From an uncultured delta proteobacterium (GTDB lineage Bacteria > Desulfobacterota > Desulfomonilia > Desulfomonilales > Desulfomonilaceae): 64,000 nucleotides of DNA. This document shows positions 10,253 to 20,010 of this stretch, piece by piece. Below the pieces are notes generated by a model, which was given only the letters and a program-made list of their open reading frames with translations, was not told the origin of the DNA and made no database searches. The stretch covers positions 928,001-992,000 of the forward strand of contig CAWBKB010000001.1 of the NCBI GenBank assembly GCA_963789265.1. Reading direction: 5' to 3'. Within the stretch, counting starts at the first letter, position 1; the number at the start of each line of letters is the position of its first letter. Both the position numbers and the translations under genes were made by a program.

Positions 10253-13200
10253 ATGCCCAACTTGGATCTGAAAACTACCAACAAAGCCATCAAGGACTAC
10301 TACTCCGGCCTTGCTGAATTCGACAAGCACGGCGTCAAACATGAGATGGCTGTGCGGAGTGCGTTCCAGAGATTATTGGAGCACTGCAGCAGAAAAGTCG
10401 GATGGACGTTCGTGGGAGAATACAAATACCATCGTAAAGACCGTCGTCCAGTAAGCATCGACGGCGGCATGGTAGATGCTTTCACCGTTCCGCAAGGCTT
10501 CTGGGAAGCCAAAGACTCGCAAGACGACCTTGGCAAGGAGGTACAAAATAAATTCTCAATCGGGTATCCGCAAGACAACATCATTTTTCAAGAACCCAGG
10601 AGGGCCATTCTGTGGCAGGGCGGCCGCGAGATTTGCGATCTGGACATTACAAGAGCCGACGCGCTGGTCTACGTAGTTCAAGAGCTGTTCACATACAGGG
10701 ACCAGACGCAAAGTGATTGGGAACAAGCTGTTGCGGATTTCAAACCTCATATTCCAGACGTCGCAAGAAAGGTCGTTGAACTCATCGAAATAGAGCGCAA
10801 GGAAAACCGGGGTTTCATCAAGGCATTCGATACCTTTGCGACCGTTTGCAGGTCCTCTGTGAACCCCAATCTCTCGGATTCCGCGGTTGAAGAAATGCTG
10901 GTCCAACACTTGCTCACAGAGCGGATCTTCCGCAAGGTATTTCACAACTCTGATTTTACCGGCAGGAACATCATTGCCCATGAGATCGAACGAGTGATTC
11001 AATCGCTCACTTCGAGAAAATTCAGCAGGGAGGAGTTTCTCAAGCCGCTGGATCGCTTCTACGTTGCATTGGAGCGCAGAGCTGAATCCTTGGATGATTA
11101 TGCCCAGCAGCAGACGTTCTTAAACACGGTTTATGAAAAATTCTTTCAAGGGTTCGCGATCAAGCAGGCGGATACCCACGGGATCGTTTACACACCGCAG
11201 CCGATTGTTAATTTTATGGTCCGGTCCGTGGAAGAGATCCTGAAGCAGGAGTTCGGCAAGAGCCTCAGCGATGAGGGCGTCCACATAATTGATCCTTTTG
11301 TGGGAACCGGCAACTTTATTACACGCATCATGCGGGAGATCAAAAAGACTGCACTGCCTCACAAGTATGCAAATGAACTGCACTGCAACGAGGTCATGCT
11401 GCTCCCCTATTACATAGCGTCCATGAACATCGAACATGAGTATTATGAGCGAACCGGTGAATACAAACCGTTTGAGGGCATTTGCCTCGTGGACACGTTC
11501 GAGCTTGCCGAAGACAAGCAGTTGTCGCTCATGTTCACGCAGGAAAACACTGAGCGGGTGGAGAAGCTTAGAAAGACCAAGCTGTTCGTGATCATAGGAA
11601 ATCCGCCGTACAACGCCTGGCAGGTGAATGAAAACGACAACAACAAGAATCGCAAATACAAGACGATGGATAAACGTGTGGCTGACACATACTCCAGGGA
11701 TGGCACAGCTACCAACAAGAGCGCTCTATCAGATCCGTATGTAAAGGCCCTTCGGTGGGCCTCGGATAAGATTCTGGAAAATGGTGAGGGTGTGGTCGCT
11801 TTTGTTTCCAATGACAGTTTTGTGGACACTCTGGCGTTTGATGGGATGCGGAGACATTTAGCGGCCGACTTCGATCGCATCTATGTACTTGACCTTGGCG
11901 GCAACGTCCGAAAGAACCCGAAGATTTCGGGGACAACCCACAATGTGTTCGGCATACAAGTCGGGGTCAGCATCAATCTTCTGGTCAAACTACGGGACCC
12001 CAACAGCAGAGGACGTATCTTCTATTTCCGCATGGACGAAAATTGGAGAAAGGACGCTAAATTTGCCCTTCTTGATCAGAGCGAGACATGTTCAGGTGTG
12101 AAGTGGCAGGAGATAGTCCCGAAGGGCAAGTACACGTGGCTGACCGAAGGATTGAGAAATGACTTTGAAACCTTCTTGCCTCTTGGAACAAAGAAAGCGA
12201 AAGCAGGTACAGGAGAGGCCATATTCGGCCTTTTCAGTTCCGGATTGCAGACCAATCGCGACACGTGGGCCTACAACTTTGATACTAAAGCACTTGAAGC
12301 CAATATGCGGATAACTATCACAGCCTACAACGAACAGCTACTTAAGTGGTCGAATCACCATCCAAAAGGCGATATAGACGACTTCGTCGTGAGCGATGAC
12401 ACGAGAATTAGTTGGAGTAGCAGCCTCAAGAGTTACTTGTTGCAGCTCATTGCCGTTGAATATGATAGTTCCAAGATTCGAGATGGAATCTATAGGCCGT
12501 TTGTGCGCTCAAGCGTCTATTTCGATAGGCATTTCAATCATCGTCGCTACCAACTACCTCGGATTTTCCCAAAACCCGCCGCTGAATCCGAGAACTGTAC
12601 TATATGCCTCACCGACAGGGGATCTGAAAAACCGTTCGTGGCTCTGATGACCAACTATCTGACAGACCTTCATCTTGTTGGAGCTGGTTGCAGCACGCAG
12701 TGCTTCCCATTTTACACGTACGACCAAGATGGCTCCAACCGCCGCGAAAATGTCACCGACTGGGCTGTTGAGCAGTTTTCTGCGGCTCTGGGTTCTGGAG
12801 TGAAAAGGATGAAGATCTTCCACTACATCTACGGCCTTCTCCATTCGCCGGAATACCGAGAAAAATACCAGTCCAACCTCAAAAGAGATCTTCCACGGAT
12901 ACCATTGCCCAAGACCATCGAACAATTCCACGCGTTCGCATCCGCGGGCGAACGCTTGGCGGATCTCCATGTCAATTATGAATCCCAGAAGGAATACCCT
13001 CTTGAGAATATAGAGAATCCTGACAAGCCTCTTAACTGGCGGGTCGAGAAAATGAAGCTCACCAAGGACAAGACGGCCATTGTCTACAATAACTTCCTGA
13101 CGCTTGCCGGCATACCGTCCGAAGCCTTCGAGTACAAATTGGGCAATCGCTCAGCCTTAGAATGGATAATTGACAGATATCAGGTTCGCCGGGACAAGAG

Positions 13201-13324
13201 GAGCGGCATCGTCAACGACCCTAACCGAGCCGACGACCAGCAGTACATCGTGAAGCTGATTGGGAAGATTATTACGGTGAGTCTGGAAACGATGAAGGTC
13301 ATTAATTCTTTGCCAAGCATGTAG
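10253..13324 (+). CDS. Single-chain restriction-modification enzyme (Type IIG/IIL-like; N6 MTase with Type ISP-like C-terminal specificity domain, no helicase)
   Basis: N-terminal D...EAK nuclease-like motif (IDGG...FWEAKD); GIVYTPQPIV, DPFVGTGNF (motif I), IIGNPPY (motif IV); C-terminal YKLGNRSALEWIIDRY. Confidence 0.85.
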   Translation: MPNLDLKTTNKAIKDYYSGLAEFDKHGVKHEMAVRSAFQRLLEHCSRKVGWTFVGEYKYHRKDRRPVSIDGGMVDAFTVPQGFWEAKDSQDDLGKEVQNKFSIGYPQDNIIFQEPRRAILWQGGREICDLDITRADALVYVVQELFTYRDQTQSDWEQAVADFKPHIPDVARKVVELIEIERKENRGFIKAFDTFATVCRSSVNPNLSDSAVEEMLVQHLLTERIFRKVFHNSDFTGRNIIAHEIERVIQSLTSRKFSREEFLKPLDRFYVALERRAESLDDYAQQQTFLNTVYEKFFQGFAIKQADTHGIVYTPQPIVNFMVRSVEEILKQEFGKSLSDEGVHIIDPFVGTGNFITRIMREIKKTALPHKYANELHCNEVMLLPYYIASMNIEHEYYERTGEYKPFEGICLVDTFELAEDKQLSLMFTQENTERVEKLRKTKLFVIIGNPPYNAWQVNENDNNKNRKYKTMDKRVADTYSRDGTATNKSALSDPYVKALRWASDKILENGEGVVAFVSNDSFVDTLAFDGMRRHLAADFDRIYVLDLGGNVRKNPKISGTTHNVFGIQVGVSINLLVKLRDPNSRGRIFYFRMDENWRKDAKFALLDQSETCSGVKWQEIVPKGKYTWLTEGLRNDFETFLPLGTKKAKAGTGEAIFGLFSSGLQTNRDTWAYNFDTKALEANMRITITAYNEQLLKWSNHHPKGDIDDFVVSDDTRISWSSSLKSYLLQLIAVEYDSSKIRDGIYRPFVRSSVYFDRHFNHRRYQLPRIFPKPAAESENCTICLTDRGSEKPFVALMTNYLTDLHLVGAGCSTQCFPFYTYDQDGSNRRENVTDWAVEQFSAALGSGVKRMKIFHYIYGLLHSPEYREKYQSNLKRDLPRIPLPKTIEQFHAFASAGERLADLHVNYESQKEYPLENIENPDKPLNWRVEKMKLTKDKTAIVYNNFLTLAGIPSEAFEYKLGNRSALEWIIDRYQVRRDKRSGIVNDPNRADDQQYIVKLIGKIITVSLETMKVINSLPSM

Positions 13325-13394
13325 GATTACAGCTAGAGTCGGTCGCTAAGAGGCGCCCATGCCATGGAAACTAGCATAATGCTGAGGTGCAATA

Positions 13395-14222
13395 ATGATT
13401 CCAAACTCAGTGTGGCCCGAACTTCTGGGAATTCCTGAAAGCGAGTGGGATGGCGCAGATGTTTGGGAGAAGATTTCCAAGGCTCTGGACATGCTGAGCA
13501 ATCCCGAGCCTATCATCAATCGGTGCTTCGACAAGATGCAGGAGTACCTTCACGCGGAGCTAGTTCAGTATGGATTCTATGTGCCACTGTCAGTTTTCCC
13601 GTCGGGCTCAATACCTGATCTTGCCAATTTATTTGCCAGTGGAGACCCGACGCTCGTCAAGGGATTCCTAGCTGAGCGACTACGAGAGGAATTGGGAAAA
13701 GAGCATATTTTCAGTTTAAGAAAGAGGTGGGACAGGAATCGATTCTTTAGTAAGAGAAAACACATACTGGATGCTGGGCTCGATGCACATCTGAAAGGTG
13801 ATTTTGTGTCGTCGATTCCCGTCTTGCTTCCTCATTTGGAAGGGATTGTGTTTGAATTCTTGTACGAATCACAGGTGTTCAAGAAGAAGTCACTTAAACG
13901 GAACGGCGTAGATGCTCTTAGTATGATGAAAAAGGTGTTAGTTCAAGAAGACTTGGTCTTTACGAGGTGGGACAAGAAGCAATTCCAAGAATTTGTGACG
14001 GACAAAGGCATATATGATAACAAGGAAGACAAGGATATCTTCTTGAACAGGGGCGCTATACTTCACGGTGAATGCTTGAATTATAATAATGAAGAATGGT
14101 CGGCTCAACTCATCTATTTCTTAGATTTTTTGAATGTGCTCACATCGCACAAGTGGGACCGAGTAACCCTACCCGATCGGAGTGAGACAATCCAACTGAG
14201 AAAAACGGTAGACAGAGAATAA
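13395..14222 (+). CDS. Hypothetical AT-rich protein with possible HEPN-like RxxxxH motif
   Basis: 275-aa ORF; SSIPVLLPHLEG and NRGAILHG; immediately downstream of the R-M gene. Confidence 0.6.
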   Translation: MIPNSVWPELLGIPESEWDGADVWEKISKALDMLSNPEPIINRCFDKMQEYLHAELVQYGFYVPLSVFPSGSIPDLANLFASGDPTLVKGFLAERLREELGKEHIFSLRKRWDRNRFFSKRKHILDAGLDAHLKGDFVSSIPVLLPHLEGIVFEFLYESQVFKKKSLKRNGVDALSMMKKVLVQEDLVFTRWDKKQFQEFVTDKGIYDNKEDKDIFLNRGAILHGECLNYNNEEWSAQLIYFLDFLNVLTSHKWDRVTLPDRSETIQLRKTVDRE

Positions 14223-14244
14223 GCTGATTGAAGTGTACCCCTCT

Positions 14245-14387
14245 GTCAAGAAGTCATTGCGGGCTTGTTCGGGGAAACGGTACAGATTCAGGAGGACATT
14301 GGTGTCTATCACAAATAAACATTTCTCCCATAATTCGGAGAATTCCTGTCCAGTAGGCTGATAATAAGCGACAAACTTTTCTCGCAT
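14245..14387 (-). pseudogene. 5' fragment of PIN-like domain protein
   Basis: MREKFVAYYQPT...LWEKCLFVIDTNVLLNLYRF resembles a PIN N-terminus (DTN motif); resemblance ends after about 47 codons. Confidence 0.6.
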
Positions 14388-14486
14388 GCGTCACCGCCAG
14401 GAAAAAAGTGGAACAGATCAGCAGAAAACTCGTACCATATATTGTTTATTGCATTGATTGTACAGGCTACTTTTCAGGACTCCCCC

Positions 14487-14612
14487 TCACCTGATAGATT
14501 TGACATCAGGTGACTCAACGTCGAAAACACGGGAAGGTTCCATTTCGCCGCGCATGATTGCTCCGGCTTGACGCAAGCTTTCCAGCAGTTCTTTGAACAT
14601 GTCTTCCTTCAT
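14487..14612 (-). pseudogene. 5' fragment of HigA/NadS-type Xre antitoxin
   Basis: Hand translation MKEDMFKELLESLRQAGAIMRGEMEPSRVFDVESPDVKSIR-stop, ending where the HTH would begin. Confidence 0.6.
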
Positions 14613-14736
14613 GACAATTCCTTTTCCGCTGCCTATAGCTGCCATACGTCATTGGTGTGCCCATTGTCAAGATCCGAGAAGGTTCCATGAGATTTCCCCG
14701 TTATCATTCACTTACGCGGGGAATTTCTTCGTCTTT

Positions 14737-14817
14737 TGTCATTGCGAGGAGCGGTGCGACGAAGCAATCTAAGCAACATTCAAAAGAACAGATTGCTTCG
14801 CTTCGCTCGCAATGACA
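14737..14817. repeat. REP-like palindrome (TGTCATTGCGAG family)
   Basis: TGTCATTGCGAG...GAAGCAATCT / AGATTGCTTC...CTCGCAATGACA; relatives at 52218-52414 and partial at about 26050 and 33800. Confidence 0.8.
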
Positions 14818-14992
14818 ATTTTCACCGCTCGTAAGCGAATGGTCACGTTAGGCGCGAAGTCTTCCTTCCAGAAAGAGTTTGGACCTCGCCGGGAGATGAG
14901 GTATGCTTAGAAATTGACACAAGGCTCGCAGCAGGAGCACAGTCCTGTTTTCGATACGGACAATAACATGAAATGTGAAAGAGGGGAGGTCC

Positions 14993-15871
14993 ATGGGAGT
15001 ATCTGAAAAGACTGTTGACGGGTTTCGATTTCTTCCACCTAGTCTGGCCGCGTGGATAGAACATTTAATTCCTGACGAAGGCTTCAAGAGAAGTATTCCT
15101 TTTACTCCGCTTTCCAAGCCCCTGAGTGAGGCGACTCTGACCCTGATCACCAGCGCGGGGATCAGCCTGAAGACCGATCCGCCTTTTGATATGGAAAGGG
15201 AAAAGAGAGAGCCCACCCGTGGAGATAGATCTTTCAGGGCTATCAGGCGAGATGCGACGGCAGCGGATATCAATGCGAATCACCTTCACATCAACACATC
15301 ATACATCCTGCAGGACATCAACGTGATGTTGCCGTTGGCACACGTGGCAGAGTTTGAGCGGGAAGGCATTATCGGCCGCCTTGCTCCCTCCGCGTATTCT
15401 TTCTACGGTTTTCAATGGGAGAGCACTGACTTCTTAACAGAAGCTATAGAGCCTATGTGTAAGAAAATGCGGGAAGAAGGGGTCGATGCCGTGATCCTCA
15501 CACCGGCTTGACCTTTCTGTTGCCAGTCCGTGGGACTGGCCGCAAGATACATTGAAGAAGCCGGTTTTTCTACCGTGGTGCTTACCCCCACCCCGGAATT
15601 CCACAGGATTATTGGTGTTCCCCGAACCGCGGCCATCGAATATCCGTACGGACGGCCGGTGGGACAGGTTGGAGATAAGGACGGGCAGCGTGCGGTGCTG
15701 CTTGCAACACTGTCCGTACTCGAAAAGGCGAATAAACCGGGCGAGACTGTGCATCTGCCTTTCACATGGCCTGAACAACCCAAAGATGCCAAATGGCAAC
15801 CCTCGGAGATGAGCCCCCTCATTAAGCTATACCTGGATGATATTAAGGCAGCGCGGAAAGCGAAAGGGTAG
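14993..15871 (+). CDS. Selenoprotein of the glycine/betaine/proline reductase selenoprotein B (GrdB/PrdB) family; UGA 15509-15511 read as Sec
   Basis: ORFs 14975-15511 and 15530-15871 share a frame and join as VILTPA-U-PFCCQSVGLAARYIEEAG; LITSAG and DINVMLPL motifs; GGAGG RBS before ATG 14993; hairpin just 3' of the UGA. Confidence 0.85.
15522..15540 (+). promoter_or_regulatory. Putative bacterial SECIS hairpin
   Basis: GCCAGTCC-GTG-GGACTGGC perfect 8-bp stem with G-containing loop, starting 10 nt after the in-frame UGA. Confidence 0.7.
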
Positions 15872-16012
15872 TGCATTATCGGCGCCGCTGCCGAGGCCCT
15901 AGACGAGGCTTTGCAAGACGGTGAAGTAACGCCTCTTGAAGATTTTATCAGAGAATTGGATCTTGAGAAAGACTGTGGCTTATAGGGGCCACATCGTCTC
16001 GCCGACCAAATT

Positions 16013-17122
16013 TCATTCCAGCCTTCTACGAAACAACCATCCAGCCGCTGCCAGCGTAAAGACTGCAATTAGAGCCATCGGCCATGTCTCGTGCCAGACA
16101 GCCGAGGCGCTGAAATCTTTCATGAAGATACCTCGAGTGATTACCAGGAAGTAGCGCAGGGGCATTGCCAGACTGACCGGCTGGAGCCAGTTGGGTATGT
16201 TCTCCACAGGAGTTGCAAATCCGGATAGAAGGTTTGCAGGAACCATGAAAACAAAAGATCCGAGAATCGCTTGCTGCTGTGTCATGGACAGCGAGGAAAT
16301 AAACAGGCCTATCCCGCTTACCGCCAGAAGAAATACAGTCATGCTGACATATAGTAGCACCAACGAACCGGTTAGCGGGATGCGGAAAAGAAGGACCGAT
16401 GCAACGACGATCAGGGTGCCCTCGAACAGCCCAAAGATCACCGCAGGAATGGTCTTGCCAACGAGTATCTCAATGGGTTGTAGAGGTGATACCAGCAACT
16501 GATCGAAAGTGCCGAGTTCTCGTTCCCGTGCCACCGTCAGGGACGTCAGGAGCAGAGAGATGAGCATCGGCAGAATGGCACAGAGACTGGGTACTGTGAA
16601 CCATTGATAATCGAGATTCGGATTGTAGCGATTTCGGATGACCAGTTTCGCGGGCAGCGCAGCCTCGCCGACTTTTGCCGCCCAATCGCTGCTGAACTGA
16701 TCTACTATCTGAGACGCATACACTTGAACGATTTGAGCGGAATTTGACTTCCGACCGTCGAGGATAAATTGCAATTGAGCAGTCTTCCCTGCTTCCACAA
16801 GACGGGAAAAATTCTCGGGAATTTGGATCACCATTTGCACTTCTTGGGCATCCATAAGCGGGCGAATCTGTTGAACGCCTCTCAGGTAGTATATGTTTGT
16901 GAACGTTTTCGATCCTCTGAAGCGTTGCACAAGTTCGTGGGCTGCTCCGCCTCCATCTTTGTCCAGGATACCTATAGAAACATTCTTCACCTCGAGAGTG
17001 ACGGCATAGGAAAAGACTATCAGTTGTATAAGCAGCGGCCCAATGAGCACAAATCTGCTCTTCTTATCGCTCCAGATCGTGATCAATTCCTTGACGGTCA
17101 AGTAGTACAAGCGTCTCAACAT
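16013..17122 (-). CDS. ybhR: ABC-2 exporter permease (YbhR-like)
   Basis: VARERELGTFDQLLVSP, LSGFATPVENIP; last gene of the cecR-ybhGFSR-like operon. Confidence 0.85.
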   Translation of the reverse strand: MLRRLYYLTVKELITIWSDKKSRFVLIGPLLIQLIVFSYAVTLEVKNVSIGILDKDGGGAAHELVQRFRGSKTFTNIYYLRGVQQIRPLMDAQEVQMVIQIPENFSRLVEAGKTAQLQFILDGRKSNSAQIVQVYASQIVDQFSSDWAAKVGEAALPAKLVIRNRYNPNLDYQWFTVPSLCAILPMLISLLLTSLTVARERELGTFDQLLVSPLQPIEILVGKTIPAVIFGLFEGTLIVVASVLLFRIPLTGSLVLLYVSMTVFLLAVSGIGLFISSLSMTQQQAILGSFVFMVPANLLSGFATPVENIPNWLQPVSLAMPLRYFLVITRGIFMKDFSASAVWHETWPMALIAVFTLAAAGWLFRRRLE

Positions 17123-17125
17123 GAG

Positions 17126-18277
17126 CTAATCCAATCTCTTTACGCTCTTGAGCCAAGTGAAGGCGAAATAGGCCAGGCCGAAGCCGAGCAAAGCGAGAAC
17201 ATTAGGCCAAATAAGCGCCCCAATGTTGCCCGCCAGGAAGAGCGTTTGCAAACAAGACACGAAATACCGCGCCGGAAGGGCGTACGGTTAGCATTCGGAT
17301 CGGCCACGGCATGCTTGCGATGTCGAATACAAATCCGGACAAAATGAAAGCAGGAAGAAAAGAAGCGATCAAAGCAGCTTGAGACGCGACAAACTGCGTC
17401 TTCCCCACAGTTGAAATAAGAAGGCCCATGCCGAGCACGGCCCAGAGAAATGCCGCTGTAACGAGCGCCAGGACCAAGTATGAACCCCTGAACGGCACGG
17501 CGAACGCGACGACAGCAATGAAGACACACACCGCCATTGAACCCATTCCCAGTACCGAAATACGGCACGAACTTGCCGATAAGCAGTTCGGATATCGTAA
17601 CAGGAGTGGCCATCAACGCTTCCATCGTTCCACGTTCCCATTCGCGGGCAATTACCAGAGCAGTCAAAAGCGTGCCGATGACAGCCATGATCGTGGCCAT
17701 TGATCCGGGAACGAGAAAATTGCGGCTCTCCAATTCCTCATTGAACCAAACGCGGGGCTGTATATCGACCAGCGGCTTGAACGAAGCCCCTCGATCCAAA
17801 GACTGCTGGTTGAGCCACGTCTGGAAGGCTCCTTGTACGTAGCCTCCCACGAGGTTCGCCGTGTTCGGTTCGCTTCCGTCCGTGATGACTTGAATGGGAG
17901 CAAATCCCTCTACACGATTTGTCAGCCGGGAGAAATCAGAAGGAATATCAATAATGGCGCGAATATTGCCCAGAGCGAGGTCACGCTCGAAAACTCTCCT
18001 ATCGCAGCGCGATGAGCACATCAAAGTAACGAGAATTTGCAAACGATTTGACAAAGCTCTGGATCTCGGGTGTCGAGTCCTCGATAACAAGTCCTACTTT
18101 GACGTGCGTTAGATCCAGCGACACGCCGTAGCCAAAAAGAAACAATAGGATCGCGGGAAGCACGAATGCGATAAGTATACTACTCGGATCCCGTACAACC
18201 TGCCGGAATTCCTTTCTGAAAAGCGCTCTCAACCGGCGGAGCTGTGCCTGTCTATCGGTGAGTTGCCCGTCCTTCAT
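17126..18277 (-). pseudogene. ybhS: ABC-2 exporter permease (YbhS-like) with three +1 frameshifts (real or sequencing artefact)
   Basis: Segments KEFRQVVRDPSS, AREWERGTMEALMATP, LSGFVFDIASMP and PARYFVSCLQTLFLAG change frame at single extra bases near 18006, 17556 and 17285. Confidence 0.8.
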
Positions 18278-20010
18278 GCCGCCTCTCCTCTTTCTCGGTC
18301 AAACTTCCGAATAAGCGCGATGAAGGCATCCTCCATTGTCGGCTCCGGCTCTTCTTCACTTCGAACTGATTCCTTCAAGTCGTCCGGTGAGCCCGTGGCT
18401 ATTATTTGCCCTCTATAGATGAGACCGATGCGGTCACAATACTCGGCCTCGTCCATGAAATGTGTAGTCACCATAACGGTGACGCCTCTCTCGATCAGGC
18501 CGTTAATATGTGCCCAGAATTCGCGGCGGGTGATTGGATCGACCCCAGAAGTCGGTTCGTCAAGAAACAATACCGGCGGGTCGTGCATGACCGCACAGCC
18601 CAGCGCCAAACGTTGTTTGAAGCCTGGGGGGAGTTCCCCTGCGGGTTTGTCCAGATACGACTCCAAAGCAAAAATCTCGATGACGTCTTGGACCGCTTCC
18701 GCGCGCCGCTTACCGAATAACCCGTACACTCCTGAGAAGAAGTCCAAGTTCTGGCGTACGGTGATGTTTCCATAGAGGGAAAACTTTTGGGCCATATATC
18801 CGATTCGCGCTCGAGCTTCGCTCGAAGCCGCCTGTAGATCGAGACCGGTTACGCGCGCGATCCCGTTGGATGGCTTCAACAGCCCGCAAAGCATTCGAAA
18901 TGTTGTCGATTTGCCTGCGCCGTTTGGTCCCAGTAAGCCGAAGATCTCCCCACGCTGGGCCGAGAACGTGATGTTGTTTACCGCCGTAAAGGTGCCGAAT
19001 TTCTTGGTCAAGTCTTTAGCTTCGACCATTGCTTCCTGCTTCCCCCGAAGCACTTCCTCCCTTTTTGAAAGCTCCGATCTGCCACCCGGTCCACCCCCGA
19101 GTATGTCGATGAACGCATCTTCGAATCGTGGCGCCACGGGAACCAGCTTCGCAGGCTCCTCCAGGCGCAAAAGCTCGGAGCCGGACCTCCCTTGTCCGTC
19201 TGCGGTTACGAGCCTGACGTATCGCCCTTGGATTACCCCGTCGATGATCCCATCCGTTTCGAGGGCTTGCGTCAGGAGTCGCCGTCGATTTCCTTCGAAG
19301 CCCTGCACCTGAAAAGTGCGCCCCGATACCCAACCAGTCAGTTCCTTGGGAGATCCCCCGAATAGGAGCTTGCCTTCGTGGAGCAGCAGGGCATGTTCGC
19401 ATTTTTCGGCTTCATCAAGGTATGCAGTGCTCCAAATCACCCCTATCCCTTGGCCCACAAGTTCCTGGACCATTTGCCAGAGTTCTCGGCGGGAAATCGG
19501 GTCAACGCCAACGCTCGGCTCGTCCAGAAGAAGCAGATCCGGTTTCCGGACCAGTGCGCAGGCGAGCCCCAGCTTCTGCTTCATTCCGCCCGACAGGGCG
19601 CCGGCGAGGCGGTCCGTGAATTCGGCAAGGTCGGTAAATTTGAGCAGGCGCTCGAAAGTCTCTTCCTTTTCTCGCTCCTCAACTCCGCGCAAGTCCGCAT
19701 ACAGACTCAGATTTTCGATCACGCTGAGGTCCTCGTACAGGCCGAATTTTTGCGGCATGTATCCGATTCGCCGATGAATCTGGTCGGCCTCCCGTGAGGT
19801 ATCAAACCCAAGAGCTGTCACCGATCCGGAAGTCGGCAACAGCAGACCTGCAATTAGCCTGATCAGAGTGGTCTTCCCCGCGCCGTCTGCTCCCACAAGC
19901 CCGGTGACTTCGGAGGGGTATACGGACGCGGTCACGTTATCGACCGCCGGGTGCCCTTCATGCTGAAAGACGTAGGTCAATTGATTAATTGAGACGATGC
20001 CGTCCGTCAT
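18274..20010 (-). CDS. ybhF: ABC transporter dual ATP-binding protein (YbhF-like)
   Basis: Two Walker A motifs (GADGAGKT, GPNGAGKS), LSGGMKQ, LLLDEP and LFLDEP. Confidence 0.9.
   Translation of the reverse strand: MTDGIVSINQLTYVFQHEGHPAVDNVTASVYPSEVTGLVGADGAGKTTLIRLIAGLLLPTSGSVTALGFDTSREADQIHRRIGYMPQKFGLYEDLSVIENLSLYADLRGVEEREKEETFERLLKFTDLAEFTDRLAGALSGGMKQKLGLACALVRKPDLLLLDEPSVGVDPISRRELWQMVQELVGQGIGVIWSTAYLDEAEKCEHALLLHEGKLLFGGSPKELTGWVSGRTFQVQGFEGNRRRLLTQALETDGIIDGVIQGRYVRLVTADGQGRSGSELLRLEEPAKLVPVAPRFEDAFIDILGGGPGGRSELSKREEVLRGKQEAMVEAKDLTKKFGTFTAVNNITFSAQRGEIFGLLGPNGAGKSTTFRMLCGLLKPSNGIARVTGLDLQAASSEARARIGYMAQKFSLYGNITVRQNLDFFSGVYGLFGKRRAEAVQDVIEIFALESYLDKPAGELPPGFKQRLALGCAVMHDPPVLFLDEPTSGVDPITRREFWAHINGLIERGVTVMVTTHFMDEAEYCDRIGLIYRGQIIATGSPDDLKESVRSEEEPEPTMEDAFIALIRKFDRERGEAA

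Noticed and set aside
17126..18277. Programmed ribosomal frameshifting in ybhS, nrnA or the phosphoribosyltransferase
   Set aside because: No slippery heptamers at the shift points; single-base indels explain them.
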